A DNA stretch of 64,000 nucleotides from Candidatus Zixiibacteriota bacterium (GCA_050117845.1 JASFLY010000013.1:1-64000), one strand, 5' to 3'; positions 1 to 9,337 are shown, counted from the stretch's first letter. Numbers and translations are program-made. Notes: generated from the sequence alone by a model not told the origin.

Positions 1-668
1 AGGTACTGGCTGGAATAGGCCATTCCGTACGGATAAGTATCCGGCGACGTGAAAGTCGCGACGACGGAACCGTCGATAGAGTAGCCGTAAATAGTACCCG
101 TGGTCGTGCCCATCCAGATGAGCTGGTTCCGGTGGTCCCACGCGATGTCGAAGAAACTGCTGTGGGGCAACCCGAAAGAGGACATGACGCTTCCGTTCGA
201 CAGGTCGTGCAACCAGCAGTAGGAGTTCGGCCGGGAATCGGACGCGATGATGGCGGTAGTGCCGACGCCGCCGTCCCCGGTGCAGAACGGCGCCAGGCCG
301 TAGGCGTTTCCGTCCGCGTCCCAGGACCCGTATACGCTGCCGTTTTTCGGCCGGCAGTCGTAAACGACGTCGTTCTCGTAGCTGCCTACCCAGAGGTGGT
401 TCCCCTGGGAGTAAGCGAGGCCGCGGCAGTAGTCGCCGAAGGTGGGCGACCACGAACCGAAAATGGAACCCGTTACCGGGGCGAGGCGATAAATCGTAGT
501 GGGGGTGCCGTAGGTCAAGAGGAATAGCCGGTTGGAAGAGCGGGCGAGGCCGCGTACGGCCGTGTCGGGCGCGGCGAAGGAGCTGACGATGTCGCCGAGC
601 GCCGCCCACGCCGTAGCCGCGATTAAAATTGCTAAAAAGGAAGTTAACAATAAACGGCGCGTAGTCAT
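1..668 (-). CDS. Secreted beta-propeller-like paralog 1 (3' end truncated by window edge)
   Basis: Not in the ORF track. Manual translation from ATG at 668: MTTRRLLLTSFLAILIAATAWAALGDIVSSFAAPDTAVRGLARS...CTGDGG...FDIAWDHRNQLIW...YPYGMAYSSQY, clearly paralogous to the neighbours. Confidence 0.85.
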   Translation of the reverse strand, partial: MTTRRLLLTSFLAILIAATAWAALGDIVSSFAAPDTAVRGLARSSNRLFLLTYGTPTTIYRLAPVTGSIFGSWSPTFGDYCRGLAYSQGNHLWVGSYENDVVYDCRPKNGSVYGSWDADGNAYGLAPFCTGDGGVGTTAIIASDSRPNSYCWLHDLSNGSVMSSFGLPHSSFFDIAWDHRNQLIWMGTTTGTIYGYSIDGSVVATFTSPDTYPYGMAYSSQY

Positions 669-746
669 TGTGCCACCTCGTGGCGGTGCGCCGGCCCGGG
701 GCCGGCTTGTTCTATTCTTAAACGTTTGAGGGAGTTCCTTGCGCGA

Positions 747-775
747 AATATACCTAACCAGCGGCCCCGCGTCAA
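747..775 (-). promoter_or_regulatory. sigma70-like promoter, paralog 1
   Basis: TTGACG-17bp-TATATT on the minus strand. Confidence 0.65.
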
Positions 776-816
776 CATATTTTATTCGGGGCTGACAAGG
801 CGGCCGGGCCGAAAAG

Positions 817-842
817 AAAAGCCGCCCCGGAGGGCGGTTTTT
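817..842 (-). terminator. Intrinsic terminator after paralog 2
   Basis: AAAAGCCGCCC-CGGA-GGGCGGTTTT hairpin with A/T tracts. Confidence 0.75.
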
Positions 843-863
843 CTTCCGGTTTATCGCGCCGGA

Positions 864-1631
864 CTAGTGGTATAGCGCCCGGACTTTTCCCAGGGACGCC
901 GGCGAGACGCTCACGGTCCCGGGGCAATGTATGCGGTAGACGTAACCGTTGGCCGCGCAGCCTACCCAGAGGTATTCGTTCGCATACGTCAGGCCGTAAG
1001 GGTACGTCGCCGGGGCCCGGAATGAAACGGCGATCGAACCCGCCGTCGTGTGGCCGTATATCCAGTCGGGAGGATAGGCGGTCCAGACCAGTTTATTCCG
1101 GTGATCCCACGCGATGTCGAAGTAATTCGACTTCTCCATATAGAAGCTCGAATTGACGCTTCCGGTCAGCGTGGCGTGGAGCCAGCAATAGGGCGGCGTA
1201 TCATCGGAGGAGAAAAGGCCGTTGGTCCCGACGCCGCCGTCGCCGGTGCAGTTGGGCGCCAGGCCGTACGGGTCGTGGCCGGCGTTCCACGAACGTATAA
1301 CGCTGCCGTCCGAAAGACGGCAATCGTATACCTTGTCGTCGCCGTAGTTGCCGACCCAGAGGTTGTTGGAGGGAGAGAACGCGAGGCCCCGGCAATTATT
1401 GCCGAAAGTGATGGCCCACGATTCGTAGACCGAACCGGTGACGGGCGCGACCTGGTAGATTCGAGAAGGCGACCCGTATATCAATATTACGACCCGGGTG
1501 CTCGTTCGGGCCAGGCCCCGGACCGCGTTCCCGGGGGCGTGGAACGAGCTCACGACGGAGCCCATTGCTCCCCAGGCGTGGGCGGCGAACAGGATCGCCA
1601 GGCCGAAAGTCATGATCCCCTTCTTGGACAT
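864..1631 (-). CDS. Secreted beta-propeller-like paralog 2
   Basis: Start reassigned to MSKKG (1631). Signal peptide, repeated GSVxxS(W/F)...GLA...LW blades, C-terminal SPASLGKVRALYH. Confidence 0.85.
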   Translation of the reverse strand: MSKKGIMTFGLAILFAAHAWGAMGSVVSSFHAPGNAVRGLARTSTRVVILIYGSPSRIYQVAPVTGSVYESWAITFGNNCRGLAFSPSNNLWVGNYGDDKVYDCRLSDGSVIRSWNAGHDPYGLAPNCTGDGGVGTNGLFSSDDTPPYCWLHATLTGSVNSSFYMEKSNYFDIAWDHRNKLVWTAYPPDWIYGHTTAGSIAVSFRAPATYPYGLTYANEYLWVGCAANGYVYRIHCPGTVSVSPASLGKVRALYH

Positions 1632-1675
1632 TGTCCTTACCCCCTGGAAGCGAAGTTTATCGCTTTTCCACCGTA

Positions 1676-1705
1676 ATTTTAACAAATTATCGGCTATAAT
1701 GTCAA
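1676..1705 (-). promoter_or_regulatory. sigma70-like promoter, paralog 2
   Basis: TTGACA-18bp-TAAAAT with TGn extension. Confidence 0.65.
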
Positions 1706-1775
1706 ACTAAATCGCTTTAAGTTAGAGTTGTAAGTGTCCGAAAAGGTTTATCTTTGTCCGAATAAGCGGGGCCGG

Positions 1776-1803
1776 AAAAGAAAGCCGCCCTTTCGGGCGG
1801 CTT
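1776..1803 (-). terminator. Intrinsic terminator after paralog 3
   Basis: AAAGCCGCCC-TTTC-GGGCGGCTT hairpin. Confidence 0.75.
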
Positions 1804-1842
1804 CGTAGTATTCGCGTGTTGGGTTGGTAATAGGAAGTCGAG

Positions 1843-2610
1843 CTAGTGGTACATGGCCTTTACTTTCCCCATGGACGCCGGCTTAACGCTTACCGTACCC
1901 GGGCAGTGTACCTGGTACATCCAGCTGTTCGAGCAGGCGATGTAGAGATACTGGCCGCTGTACGCGAGGCCGTAGGCGGTGCCGGAATAAGGCCGGGCAA
2001 AGGAGGCCACCAGCGAACCGGTCGAGTAGTTCATACCGTAGATGCTGGCCGGTGAGGATTCGTACTTCCAGAGAAGTTGGTTCCGCCAGTCGTACGCCAT
2101 GTCGTAACTATACCCGTCGGCGAGCGACGTCGACGTTACGATCGAGCCGTTGGTCGGAAGGTGGTAGTAGGCGGCGTTCGGCGAGGAGTCGTAGGTGATG
2201 ATGTACGAAGTACCCTCGCCGCCGTCGCCGGTGCAATACGGGGCTATCCCGTAGGGGTCGTGGTCGGAATCCCACGAGGCGTATACCGAACCCGTGGACC
2301 AGTTGCACTGATATACGTGGTCGTTGCTGTAATTCCCCAACCAGAGGTAGCCACCCCAGGAATAGGCCAGGCCGCGGTTCGAGCTCGTGTACGGGCAGAC
2401 CCAGGAGGAGACGAAAGAGCCGGTCGAAGTCAGATTAACAACTCTGTTCGGCGAAGAATAAGCGACGTAGTGGATGTAGGTATTGGATCTCGCCACGCCC
2501 CGAGGACTGCTAACCGGGAGATCCCAGGATGCAACGATGTCCCCCAATGCCCCGAACGCCAAACTCGCGAGGAACAACGATGCGAGGGTTAATAAAGCAA
2601 ACTTCTTCAT
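1843..2610 (-). CDS. Secreted beta-propeller-like paralog 3
   Basis: MKK signal peptide, AGGAGG RBS, C-terminal KPASMGKVKAMYH. Confidence 0.9.
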   Translation of the reverse strand: MKKFALLTLASLFLASLAFGALGDIVASWDLPVSSPRGVARSNTYIHYVAYSSPNRVVNLTSTGSFVSSWVCPYTSSNRGLAYSWGGYLWLGNYSNDHVYQCNWSTGSVYASWDSDHDPYGIAPYCTGDGGEGTSYIITYDSSPNAAYYHLPTNGSIVTSTSLADGYSYDMAYDWRNQLLWKYESSPASIYGMNYSTGSLVASFARPYSGTAYGLAYSGQYLYIACSNSWMYQVHCPGTVSVKPASMGKVKAMYH

Positions 2611-2661
2611 GCGTATTCCTCCTTGGATGTGATACTTGCAATGGTACGTTACGTCGGCACC

Positions 2662-2690
2662 ATTGTAACGACCCTGCCATAATCCGTCAA
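2662..2690 (-). promoter_or_regulatory. sigma70-like promoter, paralog 3
   Basis: TTGACG-17bp-TACAAT. Confidence 0.65.
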
Positions 2691-2851
2691 GTGTAATTTT
2701 GTAATACTCTTAATTGTCGCGCGTAAGTCTTTTATTCTGAATAAGATATAATAAGGGTTCGGGAAGCCCCCGTTTTGTATCATATGGTATCTAATTGGTA
2801 AGGTTAATTCGCCCACGCTACGCTCCTCCTCTATGTCATATTGGCGCATTC

Positions 2852-2880
2852 AAAAGCCGCCCCGGTGGGGCGGCCTTTTT
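2852..2880 (-). terminator. Intrinsic terminator after paralog 4
   Basis: AAAAGCCGCCCC-GGT-GGGGCGGCCTTTTT. Confidence 0.75.
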
Positions 2881-2903
2881 CGGTTAAAATAGGAACACCG
2901 ATA

Positions 2904-3689
2904 TTAACGGAATATCGCCTTGATACCGCCCATGGACGCGGGGGCGACGCTCGTGCCGTAATCGTCGAGAACGGGGCAGTGGACCCGGGCAATGCAATCG
3001 GGGTAAGCTAAAAAGAGGAACCTGAGTTTATAGGCGAGGCCGGAGACGGTTCCCGGTAAAGGGGAAGCGAAAGACGCCACGACGGAACCCGTCGTATGGT
3101 CGGTTCCATCAATGGTATTCCCGGCCTGGTTATATCGCCAAATCAGCTTGTTGCGCCAGTCGTACGCTATGTCGTAGTTCGATGAGTCGGCCAGCGTTAT
3201 GGGGTAGGAGGCCAGAACGGAACCGTTGTTCTTGTTATGGTAATAAAGCTTGTTGGGCGACCGGCCGTAATTGAGGATGCACACGGCGTTGTAGCCGCCG
3301 TCCCTGGTACCATTGGCGGCCAGGCCGTACGGCGGATGGTCGACGGACCAGACGTCCATTACCGAACCGTTATATGCATCACACCTGTATACGCGGTAGT
3401 TCCTGACGCAGCCGATCCATACCGAATTTCCCCAGGTAAAGGCGAGGCCGCGGTTGCCGCTGGGTTGCGGGCACGTCCACGATCCCATGAAGGAACCGTT
3501 CCATATGCCGACTCTTACGATTTTATTGGGAGATTGATAGGCGACGTAAAACAAGACCGAGTTAGCCGCGGCCATGCCCCGGGGCCGGGGGACGGGCAAA
3601 GGGTAAGAACCGTATAAATCCCCGAGTACGGCGAAGGCGTTGCCGACGAGCACCGTTAAAACGAGCGTGATTAGGACGTACTTCTTCAT
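2904..3689 (-). CDS. Secreted beta-propeller-like paralog 4
   Basis: Signal peptide, GGAGG RBS, C-terminal APASMGGIKAIFR. Confidence 0.9.
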   Translation of the reverse strand: MKKYVLITLVLTVLVGNAFAVLGDLYGSYPLPVPRPRGMAAANSVLFYVAYQSPNKIVRVGIWNGSFMGSWTCPQPSGNRGLAFTWGNSVWIGCVRNYRVYRCDAYNGSVMDVWSVDHPPYGLAANGTRDGGYNAVCILNYGRSPNKLYYHNKNNGSVLASYPITLADSSNYDIAYDWRNKLIWRYNQAGNTIDGTDHTTGSVVASFASPLPGTVSGLAYKLRFLFLAYPDCIARVHCPVLDDYGTSVAPASMGGIKAIFR

Positions 3690-3737
3690 GCGTTACCTCC
3701 CGTTGTCGTTTGCGTTCGGGGCGTGATATGATGATAA

Positions 3738-3766
3738 ATAATAATAGCACGTAACGCCGCCGTCAA
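3738..3766 (-). promoter_or_regulatory. sigma70-like promoter, paralog 4
   Basis: TTGACG-17bp-TATTAT. Confidence 0.6.
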
Positions 3767-3843
3767 GGCGTTTATTGCGGAGGCCCGGACGGTCCTTTAA
3801 CCGCCCGGGCCGTGGTTTTTCCGGGATGACGCGGCCACCGCTA

Positions 3844-4620
3844 TTATCGGTACATCGCTTTGATGCCGCCCATGGACGCCGGCGCGATATTAGTGTCGTC
3901 GAGGCCCAGGTCCGGGCAATGGACCTTGGCGATGCAATTGTAGTAGGCGATATACAGGTAGGTGGCGCTGTAAGCCATGCCGTACGCGGTACCGGAAACC
4001 GGAGAATGGAAGGAAGCGATGACGTTGCCGTCGTAATAATACATGCCGGTAACCAACTCGCCGAACGAGATTTTTTTCCAGACCAAACGGTTGCGCCAGT
4101 CGTAGGCTATGTCGTACGAGGACGGGTACGCTAACGGCGTCGAGTGGACTACGGCGCCGTTCGTCCAGACGTGGTAGTAGAGCAGGTTCGGGGACGAATC
4201 GTAGGTGAGGATGTTGGCCAGGCCGGCGCCGCCGTCGCCGGTGCAGTAAGTGGCGACGCCGTAGGGGTCGTGGCCGGCGTTCCAGGAGTAATAAACCGAG
4301 CCGTCGTAGTAATCGCAACGGTAAACCATATCGGTGCCGTAATTGCCGACCCAAATATTCCCTCCCCAGGAATAGGACAAACCCCGGTTATAGAGGGAAG
4401 TAGGACAAGGCCAGGACCTGACAAAAGAGCCGTCGTTGGTTAGGGTGACGACGACGTTGGGATTTGAGTAGGCGACGTAGTGGATATAAGCGTTGCTCTT
4501 CGCTACCCCTCGCGGATTGGCCACCGGCAGCGGATACGTAGCGACCAAATCCCCCAACGCGGCGAACGCGGTACTCCCTACCAACAATAAACCGAGCGCA
4601 ATCAGGACGTACTTTTTCAC
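3844..4620 (-). CDS. Secreted beta-propeller-like paralog 5
   Basis: GTG start, signal peptide, C-terminal APASMGGIKAMYR. Confidence 0.9.
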   Translation of the reverse strand: MKKYVLIALGLLLVGSTAFAALGDLVATYPLPVANPRGVAKSNAYIHYVAYSNPNVVVTLTNDGSFVRSWPCPTSLYNRGLSYSWGGNIWVGNYGTDMVYRCDYYDGSVYYSWNAGHDPYGVATYCTGDGGAGLANILTYDSSPNLLYYHVWTNGAVVHSTPLAYPSSYDIAYDWRNRLVWKKISFGELVTGMYYYDGNVIASFHSPVSGTAYGMAYSATYLYIAYYNCIAKVHCPDLGLDDTNIAPASMGGIKAMYR

Positions 4621-4671
4621 GCCTTACCCCCTTGTTTTGCTTTGAGTTAAGTTATGGTTAGTTTTCCGCGT

Positions 4672-4700
4672 AATATAATTGACCGACGGGAGTTTGTCAA
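4672..4700 (-). promoter_or_regulatory. sigma70-like promoter, paralog 5
   Basis: TTGACA-17bp-TATATT. Confidence 0.7.
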
Positions 4701-4733
4701 GTAATTTACATGCCGTTCGGATAAGTTTGAAAG

Positions 4734-4815
4734 AAAGCCGCCCTTTCGGGCGGCCTTCGTATCGGCGTTAGGAGGATGAACGTTAACGGAATATCGCCTT
4801 GATGCCGCCCATCGA
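4734..4815. repeat. 82-bp exact direct repeat, copy 1 (terminator, 3'UTR and C-terminal motif codons)
   Basis: Identical to 5647-5728 by direct comparison. Confidence 0.9.
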
Positions 4816-5550
4816 GGCGGGCGTAATAGCCATTGGGAGGGGGCCTTGTACCTGGTACATCCAGTTGTTCGAACAAGCGATATACAGGTAAGTACCATGG
4901 TAGGCTATACCGAAACAGGTCCCGCCCGAGGGCGAGGGAAAAGAACAAAGCACCGACCCCGTCATATAATACATACCGAATACGCCGGCCGGCGAGGAGT
5001 CGTATTTCCAGATAAGCCGGTAGAGCCAGTCGTAGGCCAAATCGTAGTAGAATTCGTCGGCTAGCGGCGTCGAATTAGTGACGGAGCCGTTGGTGAGGAT
5101 GTGGTAATAAGCGGAATCAGGGGAATAGTCGTATGTAATGATACGGGTGGTCCCGGCGCCGCCGTTCCCCGTACAAAAGGGCGCGAGGCCGTACGGATCG
5201 TGGTCGGCGTCCCAAGAATAATAAACCGAACCGTTATCGGCATTACAGCAATAAACTTGGTCGTTGCCGTAGCAGCCTACCCAGATGTATCCGCCCCAGG
5301 AATAGGCGAGACCCCGGTTCTGCGTGCTGTGAGGGCAGGTCCAGGACGAAACGAACGAACCGGCATTGTCGAGGCGGACGACTACGTTAGGTGACTGGTA
5401 CGCGAGGTAGTAAATGTGGTCGATCGACTTCGCCACGCCCCGGGGGGAGGATATGGGGAGCTCCCAGGACGCGATGATATCCCCCAACGCCGCGAAAGCC
5501 GTACTCGCGAGGAAAAGCACCGCGAGGGCTAGAAAAACGTACTTCTTCAT
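4783..5550 (-). CDS. Secreted beta-propeller-like paralog 6
   Basis: Signal peptide, C-terminal TPASMGGIKAIFR. Confidence 0.9.
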   Translation of the reverse strand: MKKYVFLALAVLFLASTAFAALGDIIASWELPISSPRGVAKSIDHIYYLAYQSPNVVVRLDNAGSFVSSWTCPHSTQNRGLAYSWGGYIWVGCYGNDQVYCCNADNGSVYYSWDADHDPYGLAPFCTGNGGAGTTRIITYDYSPDSAYYHILTNGSVTNSTPLADEFYYDLAYDWLYRLIWKYDSSPAGVFGMYYMTGSVLCSFPSPSGGTCFGIAYHGTYLYIACSNNWMYQVQGPLPMAITPASMGGIKAIFR

Positions 5551-5601
5551 TGTGCTACCCCCTTTATAATGTTATCCCTAACGAATTAATAACCTCAGTA
5601 G

Positions 5602-5630
5602 ATACTATATTTTCCGTATGAGTATGTCAA
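5602..5630 (-). promoter_or_regulatory. sigma70-like promoter, paralog 6
   Basis: TTGACA-17bp-TAGTAT. Confidence 0.6.
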
Positions 5631-5646
5631 GACATTACGGCAAATA

Positions 5647-5728
5647 AAAGCCGCCCTTTCGGGCGGCCTTCGTATCGGCGTTAGGAGGATGAACGTTAAC
5701 GGAATATCGCCTTGATGCCGCCCATCGA
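5647..5728. repeat. 82-bp exact direct repeat, copy 2
   Basis: Identical to 4734-4815. Confidence 0.9.
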
Positions 5729-6481
5729 CGCCGGCGTAACGTTCGTGCCGCCGGAATCTATTCCGTCCGGGCATTCGACCTGATACATCCAGCAATCCGC
5801 GCAGACGATGTAGAGGCTGTAATCGGTATACGCGAGGCCGGTGGCGAAGCCTTCGGGGCAGGGAGTGGGGAACGACGTTATGAGCGAGCCCGTCAGGTAA
5901 TGCATACCGAAAATCTGGTCCCGGCCCGAGTTTTGTTTCCAGATTAAATGGTTTCGCCAATCGTACGCCATATCGCAATTGTCGGCGTCCGCCAAGCTGG
6001 TGGAGATGGCGACGCTGCCGGTGCCCTCATCGTGGTATAACAGCGTATTCGGGTCCGGGTCGTAGCTAATGATGTGTATGGTCTGCATCCCGCCGTCCTC
6101 CATGCAGTACGGGGCGAGGCCCCGCGGGAGGTGGGGAGGGGTCCAGTAGTTGATTACCAGGCCGCCCTGTGAATCGCACTGGTAAACAAGGCCGTTCCCC
6201 GCACTACCGAGCCAGAGATTGCCGCCCCACGAGTACGCCAGGCCGCGGGTACCGAAAGGAAAAGGGCATAACCACGTATTTACGACCGAACCGTTCGCCC
6301 GGTCTAATATGACGACCTTGTCGGCGCTTCGCGATATATAATATACGTATTCGTTGGATACCGCCGCGCCCGCCGGGTCCGCGAAAGTCAGCTCGAACGA
6401 GGCCATGACGTCTCCGAGTGCGGCGAACGCATTGTTAGCCAGTAGCGCTAAAGCGAACGCGATAAAGATGAGTTTTTTCAT
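5696..6481 (-). CDS. Secreted beta-propeller-like paralog 7
   Basis: Signal peptide, C-terminal TPASMGGIKAIFR. Confidence 0.9.
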   Translation of the reverse strand: MKKLIFIAFALALLANNAFAALGDVMASFELTFADPAGAAVSNEYVYYISRSADKVVILDRANGSVVNTWLCPFPFGTRGLAYSWGGNLWLGSAGNGLVYQCDSQGGLVINYWTPPHLPRGLAPYCMEDGGMQTIHIISYDPDPNTLLYHDEGTGSVAISTSLADADNCDMAYDWRNHLIWKQNSGRDQIFGMHYLTGSLITSFPTPCPEGFATGLAYTDYSLYIVCADCWMYQVECPDGIDSGGTNVTPASMGGIKAIFR

Positions 6482-6532
6482 TTCCTGCCTCCCGTAGTTA
6501 TTATTGCGTGAAATGTGATTTATACACCACCT

Positions 6533-6561
6533 TTTATAAATTACAGGCAGCTATATGTCAA
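6533..6561 (-). promoter_or_regulatory. sigma70-like promoter, paralog 7
   Basis: TTGACA-17bp-TATAAA. Confidence 0.7.
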
Positions 6562-6587
6562 GTATATTCCGGCACGCATTTCCTGGT

Positions 6588-6611
6588 AAAAAACCGCCCC
6601 GAAGGGCGGTT
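6588..6611 (-). terminator. Intrinsic terminator after paralog 8
   Basis: AAAAAACCGCCC-CGAA-GGGCGGTT. Confidence 0.75.
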
Positions 6612-6637
6612 ATCTCGATTAATGCTTGAGGGTGGTA

Positions 6638-7423
6638 TTATCGGTAAATCGCCTTGATGCTGCCCATCGAGGCGGGGGCGACGCTCGTGCCGTCGGATTC
6701 GACGACGGGACACTCTACTAGGTATATCCGGTCATCGGTACAAGCGATGAAAAGTATGTAATCCGAATACGCGAGGCCGGTAGCAATACCTTCCGGGCAG
6801 GGAATGGGGAAAGACGCTATGAGGGACCCCGTTTGGAAATCCATGCCGTAAATGTGGGTTCGGCGCGAGTTTTGTTTCCATATTAAATGGCTTCGCCAAT
6901 CGTACGCCATATCGTAACCGTCGTTGTCGGCTAGGGTAGTGGAATAGTTGATGCTGCCCGTACTCATATCGTGATAATGCAGCGAACTCGACAGAGGGCC
7001 GTAACTGATAAGGTAATTCGCAAGTGCTCCGCCGTCTTCGTGACTAAATGGAGCGAGGCCTACCGGGGCATGTGAAGCGTTCCATAGGTTTCTTAAATCG
7101 CCGTCGTTAACATCGCATTTGTAAACGAGGCCGTTGCCCATACAACCTATCCAGATATCGCCGCCCCATGTGTAAGCCAGGCCGCGGTTGCCGGCGGGAA
7201 AAGGACAGGACCATGATCTTACTACCGAACCATCCTGCCGACGTATCGTGACGACTTTGTCGAGTCCTTGACTCGAGATATAAAATATATAAGCGTTGGA
7301 CACCGCTACGCCCCCGGGGTCCGAGAGGGTTAGAGGCCACGAGGTCATGACGTCTCCGAGTGCGGCGAACGCGTTGCCCGCGAGTAGCGCCGAAGCGAGC
7401 GCGATAAGGATATACTTCTTCAC
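6638..7423 (-). CDS. Secreted beta-propeller-like paralog 8
   Basis: GTG start, signal peptide, C-terminal APASMGSIKAIYR. Confidence 0.9.
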   Translation of the reverse strand: MKKYILIALASALLAGNAFAALGDVMTSWPLTLSDPGGVAVSNAYIFYISSQGLDKVVTIRRQDGSVVRSWSCPFPAGNRGLAYTWGGDIWIGCMGNGLVYKCDVNDGDLRNLWNASHAPVGLAPFSHEDGGALANYLISYGPLSSSLHYHDMSTGSINYSTTLADNDGYDMAYDWRSHLIWKQNSRRTHIYGMDFQTGSLIASFPIPCPEGIATGLAYSDYILFIACTDDRIYLVECPVVESDGTSVAPASMGSIKAIYR

Positions 7424-7474
7424 GTGTTACCCCCTTGTTAAATCGTCCTTCGGTTTATGATACGGATTCCAATA

Positions 7475-7504
7475 AATATAAATAACGCTGAGCGTTTCTG
7501 TCAA
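7475..7504 (-). promoter_or_regulatory. sigma70-like promoter, paralog 8
   Basis: TTGACA-18bp-TATATT. Confidence 0.6.
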
Positions 7505-7611
7505 GGTATTAATTTCCGACGCCGGGCCGCGCCGCAAACGCCCCGAATCAACCGCAGTTGCGCGGCCTCGTTTTATGTGCTACAATCCGGGAAACTCACC
7601 GCGAGGAGCTT

Positions 7612-8613
7612 ATGACGACGGCAAAAAAGGGAACCATACTATCCGGCATGCGGCCCACGGGGCCGCTCCACCTCGGCAATCTGGCGGGCGCCCTCACCAA
7701 CTGGGTGGCGCTCCAGGACGAGTACAACTGCTACTACGAGATAGCGGACCTCCACGCGCTGACCGACCGCACCGACACCTCGGCCATCCCGGGGGACCGC
7801 TGGGAGGTCCTCCTCGACTGGCTCGCCGCCGGCCTCGATCCCGAACGCTCGGTTCTCTTCGTCCAGTCCGACGTCCCGGAGCACTCGCTGTTGTACACCC
7901 TCCTCGGCATGTTCGTCCCGGTGACCTGGCTCGAGCGGGTTCCCACTTATAAAGAGAAGGTCCGGGAAATGGGCCTTGCCGAGTCGGCCTCATTCGGCCT
8001 TCTGGGTTACCCCGTCCTGCAGGCCGTGGACATCGCCATATACAAGGCCGACGCCGTCCCGGTGGGGGAGGACCAGCTGCCCCACCTTGAACTCACCCGC
8101 GAGATAACCCGGCGCTTCAACAATTTCTTCGGCGAGGTCTTCGTCGAACCGCAGGCGCTGTTGACCGCGGCGGCGCGCCTCCCGGGCCTCGACGGCCGAA
8201 AGATGTCCAAGTCGTACGATAACGCTATTTACATCAAGGACAGCGCGGCCGACGTTATGAAAAAGGTCAAGACGATGTTCACGGACCCCAAGCGCGTCTA
8301 CCGGCGCGACCCCGGCCACCCCGACGAATGCAACGTCTACCTCTATCGCCGCCTCTACGAGGCCGCGAACGCCGAGGGAGTATCCGAGGCCTGCAAGAAG
8401 GCCGAAATAGGCTGTACCGATTGCAAGGTGGCGCTCGCCGCCGCCATTAACGAGTACCTCGCCCCCCTGCGGGAGAAACGCGGCGACTTCGAGGCCCGCC
8501 CCGATTACCTTCGCGACGTGTTGGAAGAGGGCGCCCGTAAGGCCCGGGAAGTCGCGCGCCGCACCTGCGACGAGGCGTACGCCGCGGCTCACTTGCGGAG
8601 CAGCGGCGGATAG
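7612..8613 (+). CDS. trpS: Tryptophan--tRNA ligase
   Basis: SGMRPTGPLHLGN (HIGH-like), GYPVLQAVDI, VPVGEDQLPHLE, KMSKS; GAGGAG RBS before ATG 7612. Confidence 0.97.
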   Translation: MTTAKKGTILSGMRPTGPLHLGNLAGALTNWVALQDEYNCYYEIADLHALTDRTDTSAIPGDRWEVLLDWLAAGLDPERSVLFVQSDVPEHSLLYTLLGMFVPVTWLERVPTYKEKVREMGLAESASFGLLGYPVLQAVDIAIYKADAVPVGEDQLPHLELTREITRRFNNFFGEVFVEPQALLTAAARLPGLDGRKMSKSYDNAIYIKDSAADVMKKVKTMFTDPKRVYRRDPGHPDECNVYLYRRLYEAANAEGVSEACKKAEIGCTDCKVALAAAINEYLAPLREKRGDFEARPDYLRDVLEEGARKAREVARRTCDEAYAAAHLRSSGG

Positions 8614-8629
8614 GCCCGGGCGGCCGGCC

Positions 8630-9337
8630 ATGACGGATTATCGCGTAAAGCTGCCCATCTACGAGGGCCCGCTGGACCTCCTCCTCTTCCTCATCCACAA
8701 GGACGAACTCGACGTCTACGATATCCCCATCTCCCGGATAACGGAGCAGTACCTGGCGTACCTGGATTTAATGGAAGAACTAAACCTGTCCGTCGCCGGG
8801 GAGTTCTTCGTGATGGCCGCGACGCTGATGGAAATAAAATCGGCGATGCTCCTGCCGCGAGCCGAACCCCCGTCGGGCGAGGGCATCGAGGACCCGCGGG
8901 CGGCCCTCGTGGCCCAGCTTCTCGAGTACCAAAAATTCAAGGCCGCGGCCGGTGGCCTGGCGGAACGCGAATCCGACCAGGCCGGTAAGTATCCGGCGGG
9001 CGGCGACGGCCGCTTCAGCAACGAGGCCCCGGTGGGCGAGTCCATCTTCGCGCTTTTTAAGGCGTTCCAGGGCGTATTGGCCCGGGCGCCGCAGGAACGC
9101 GACGTCACCCCCGGCCAGCGCGGCCCCTCCATAGAACAGCAACTCGACTTCATCCGCGGCAGCTTGAAGGCCGCCGGCGGCCGCGTTCGCTTCGAGGATA
9201 TCTTCGAGGGGACGCGTATAGTACTGGTCGTTACTTTCCTGGCCCTTCTCGAGCTATTGCGGACGGGCGAGTGCCGCGTCCGGCAGGACAGAACTTTTGA
9301 CGCCATATGGATATACCCGACTCTAACGCTGGTGTAA
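8630..9337 (+). CDS. scpA: Segregation/condensation protein A
   Basis: YEGPLDLLLFLI, EFFVMAATLMEIKSAMLLP, VVTFLALLEL. Confidence 0.95.
   Translation: MTDYRVKLPIYEGPLDLLLFLIHKDELDVYDIPISRITEQYLAYLDLMEELNLSVAGEFFVMAATLMEIKSAMLLPRAEPPSGEGIEDPRAALVAQLLEYQKFKAAAGGLAERESDQAGKYPAGGDGRFSNEAPVGESIFALFKAFQGVLARAPQERDVTPGQRGPSIEQQLDFIRGSLKAAGGRVRFEDIFEGTRIVLVVTFLALLELLRTGECRVRQDRTFDAIWIYPTLTLV

Noticed and set aside
1..7423. Many N-G-S sequons as evidence of N-glycosylation
   Set aside because: NGS alternates with TGS and DGS at the same repeat position, consistent with a structural beta-turn.
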